DNA of 33,235 nt from a virus. Position 1 is the stretch's first letter. Each line of letters opens with the position of its first letter. The notes below the pieces were generated by a model. It searched no databases and had not been told where the DNA came from. It was given only the letters and a program-made list of their open reading frames with translations. The stretch spans positions 1 through 33,235 of the IMG/VR virus record IMGVR_UViG_3300021399_000067. One strand, written 5' to 3'. The position numbers and the translations under genes are program-made. Shown piece by piece: positions 31,205 to 33,235 of the stretch.

Positions 31205-33235
31205 TTATCCTCTACCTCCGCCAATAAAATCATTCCTTTGGTTTGATTGTACCACGAATTCATCGATTTGTTCTCCGCCGATGTAAACAGGAACGACAAC
31301 GGTTTGATTTGTTGCTTGGCTTATCGCCTGCAACAATTGATTGTATCCCATTATCAATTCGCCGCCGTATGAATCACCGCCGCCCAATGCGCGGCCGTCA
31401 CCATAACCAAAAATTGTGGGGTCATTTAACAAGATGGGTTGATTATATGCCTTTTTGTACCATTCCACGCCAACGGACGGTAACGAACCTTGCCCACCGA
31501 ATCCCCATGGTGCCTCGCCTCCACTAACGGAAAAGTGCGGCAATTTGATTTCGGGCAATTCCCAATCGAAATCGAAGAATCCCAACAATTCATCGATTGC
31601 CCCGGACACAATGGATTTGGCATCCTCAAATATGCCTGTGAATTTCTCCCATACATCGTCACCGAATCCCTCGATTTTGCCGATTATATCGGAAAATCCT
31701 GTGGTGAAATTCTCCCATGCATCGGAAAAGAATGTAACTATGGATTCTATAACATCCGCGCCAATCTCGCCTGCCTTGGTTAATACATCGGATCCAAATG
31801 TGGTAACTTTATCCCACCATTGCGCAAGGCCGTCAATAACCTCAACCAATCCGTCACCGAACATGTCGTACAACCAATTTCCTAAATCTTCGCCCAAATC
31901 TGCGATGAAATTGCCGATTTGAACCGCGATGTCGGGTAACGATTCCGCCAATGCAACTATGATATTAGAAATAAGGATAATTGCCGCGCCCACCAATTCC
32001 GGGGCATGCTCGAGCAACGCCGTTGATATCGTCAATATGATTTCAACGGCCACGTTGATAAACGATTCGATGTTGTCCGGGGTCAAAAAATCATCAACCA
32101 AAATGTGGATAACATCAATAACCGTGTCCAAAAGTAAATCCGCATTATCTGCAAGGCCGTTGGCCAATCCCATGAGCAATTCGCCGCCCGCCTCGATGAG
32201 CATTGGCGTGACGGATATAATCGCAGGGATTAACGTGCTTAGAATCTGCGGCAAGGCCGCCGAAATCGCGCTAATTATAGATGGCAACGCCTGCACCAAT
32301 GCCGTGACAATCGAAATGGATGCCGACAATAACGGAGGCAATACCGTGTCGATGATGGTTGGTAATTGGTCCACGATTATTGGCGCAACCTCTTGAATCA
32401 ATGTCGCGATTCCGCCCAACGCCTGCGTAACAACCGGGGCCAAATTGCCAACAACTGTTTCGGCGGATGAAACAACATTGTCAATCAAGGATCCCAAATC
32501 GGCGTTTTCGTCTGCCATGCCTGTTACAAGATTTGTCCACGATGCGGACAACATCCCGATGGATCCGCTAATGGTTGTGGATGCCTCGTTGCTTGTCGTG
32601 CCTGCGATGTTCATTTCCTCTTGCACGGCGTGGATGGCCTCAATCATTTGGTCGAATGAAACATCATCAAGGGATGTTATTTGTTCCTCCAAAATGCCCG
32701 AATCGTTTATCAATCGGAGCATTTCCTCGCCTGTGCCGCCATAACCTAATTTGAGATTATCCAACATGGTGTAATTGCCCTTGGCAAATCCCATGTATGC
32801 GTTTTGTATCGCCTCCATGTCCGTGCCGTATGTGTTGGCATTGTCTGCCATGTCGGCAATGGCCATGTTGGCAATATCTGCGGCCGCATCCGTATCGCCA
32901 CCCAATCCCTGCAACAACGATGCCGAAAAGCCTGTTACTGTTTCCATGTATTGGTTAGCGGACATTCCCGCGGTTTCGAACGCCTGTGATGCATATTCCA
33001 TCACGGTATCGGAGGAATCGCCGAATAACTTTTCAACGCCGCCCGATAATTGTTCAAAATCCGCATATGCCTTGACGGATTCGGTCGTTAATGTGGCAAC
33101 GCCTGTGGCGGCGGCACCTATGGCGGCACCTGCGGCCGCGCCTGCAATACCCAATCCCTTGGCAATCGTTCCGCCAATGGATCCTGCCCGGGATTCGGCA
33201 TCGCTTAAACCCTCATCGTACTTTGAAGAATCAAG
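31205..33235 (-). CDS. Tape measure protein, main body; open to the window end and continues at 1..156 (687 aa in total on the circle)
   Basis: Long Ala/Gly/Ile-rich helical ORF after the chaperone pair. The frame stays open upstream of the ORF-track start at 33154. The joined length of 2064 nt is a multiple of 3. Confidence 0.85.
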   Translation of the reverse strand, partial: LDSSKYDEGLSDAESRAGSIGGTIAKGLGIAGAAAGAAIGAAATGVATLTTESVKAYADFEQLSGGVEKLFGDSSDTVMEYASQAFETAGMSANQYMETVTGFSASLLQGLGGDTDAAADIANMAIADMADNANTYGTDMEAIQNAYMGFAKGNYTMLDNLKLGYGGTGEEMLRLINDSGILEEQITSLDDVSFDQMIEAIHAVQEEMNIAGTTSNEASTTISGSIGMLSASWTNLVTGMADENADLGSLIDNVVSSAETVVGNLAPVVTQALGGIATLIQEVAPIIVDQLPTIIDTVLPPLLSASISIVTALVQALPSIISAISAALPQILSTLIPAIISVTPMLIEAGGELLMGLANGLADNADLLLDTVIDVIHILVDDFLTPDNIESFINVAVEIILTISTALLEHAPELVGAAIILISNIIVALAESLPDIAVQIGNFIADLGEDLGNWLYDMFGDGLVEVIDGLAQWWDKVTTFGSDVLTKAGEIGADVIESIVTFFSDAWENFTTGFSDIIGKIEGFGDDVWEKFTGIFEDAKSIVSGAIDELLGFFDFDWELPEIKLPHFSVSGGEAPWGFGGQGSLPSVGVEWYKKAYNQPILLNDPTIFGYGDGRALGGGDSYGGELIMGYNQLLQAISQATNQTVVVPVYIGGEQIDEFVVQSNQRNDFIGGGRG
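33113..33235. repeat. Second copy of the 123-bp terminal repeat (identical to 1-123)
   Basis: Direct comparison. Confidence 0.95.

Noticed and set aside
1-33235. CRISPR arrays, diversity-generating retroelement, retron, transposase/IS elements, introns/inteins
   Set aside because: I saw no repeat-spacer arrays, no reverse-transcriptase, transposase or homing-endonuclease-like ORFs, and no interrupted conserved genes. terL, portal and capsid are all contiguous.

Overview
The window is a complete siphovirus-type dsDNA phage genome. Bases 1-123 are identical to 33113-33235, so the unique circle is 33,112 bp. Every protein gene reads on the minus strand. Genes are tightly packed, with many ATGA or TAATG start/stop overlaps and strong GGAGG Shine-Dalgarno sites, which suggests a Firmicutes/Clostridia-like host (inference). 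In transcription order (descending coordinates) I read these modules:
- Early array of small Zn-ribbon genes: 23086 -> 20772.
- Zn-finger/TM protein plus sigma-region-4-like regulator: 20779 -> 20077.
- Uncharacterised seven-gene cassette: 19931 -> 16783.
- Recombination and replication: 16611 -> 14126 (Gp157-like, annealing protein, replisome organiser, G39P-like loader).
- Accessory genes: 13936 -> 9818 (RHH, TM protein, SleB-like hydrolase, HTH, acidic mini-protein, GNAT-like, DUF551-like, DUF1064-like).
- Late operon: 9724 -> 1, wrapping to 33235 -> 23274. It runs terS, terL, portal, MuF-metalloprotease fusion, gp10-like, scaffold, capsid, connectors, tail tube, G/T chaperones, tape measure across the junction, baseplate/fibres, holin, endolysin.

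The only plus-strand gene is a tRNA with a UUG anticodon at 12049-12122. I found no integrase, repressor, polymerase, CRISPR array or reverse transcriptase.

The most unusual signal is compositional. GATC occurs almost only inside GGATCC. I counted 69 copies by hand, against about 8 expected. AGCT and CTAG are absent. Other leads are the cassette with a double-glycine-leader Cys-rich protein and a papain-like protein, the MuF/lethal-factor-like metalloprotease fusion, paired promoter-terminator modules, and a tRNA promoter placed to start at tRNA +1.

All functional calls come from motif recognition by eye. No database search was run.
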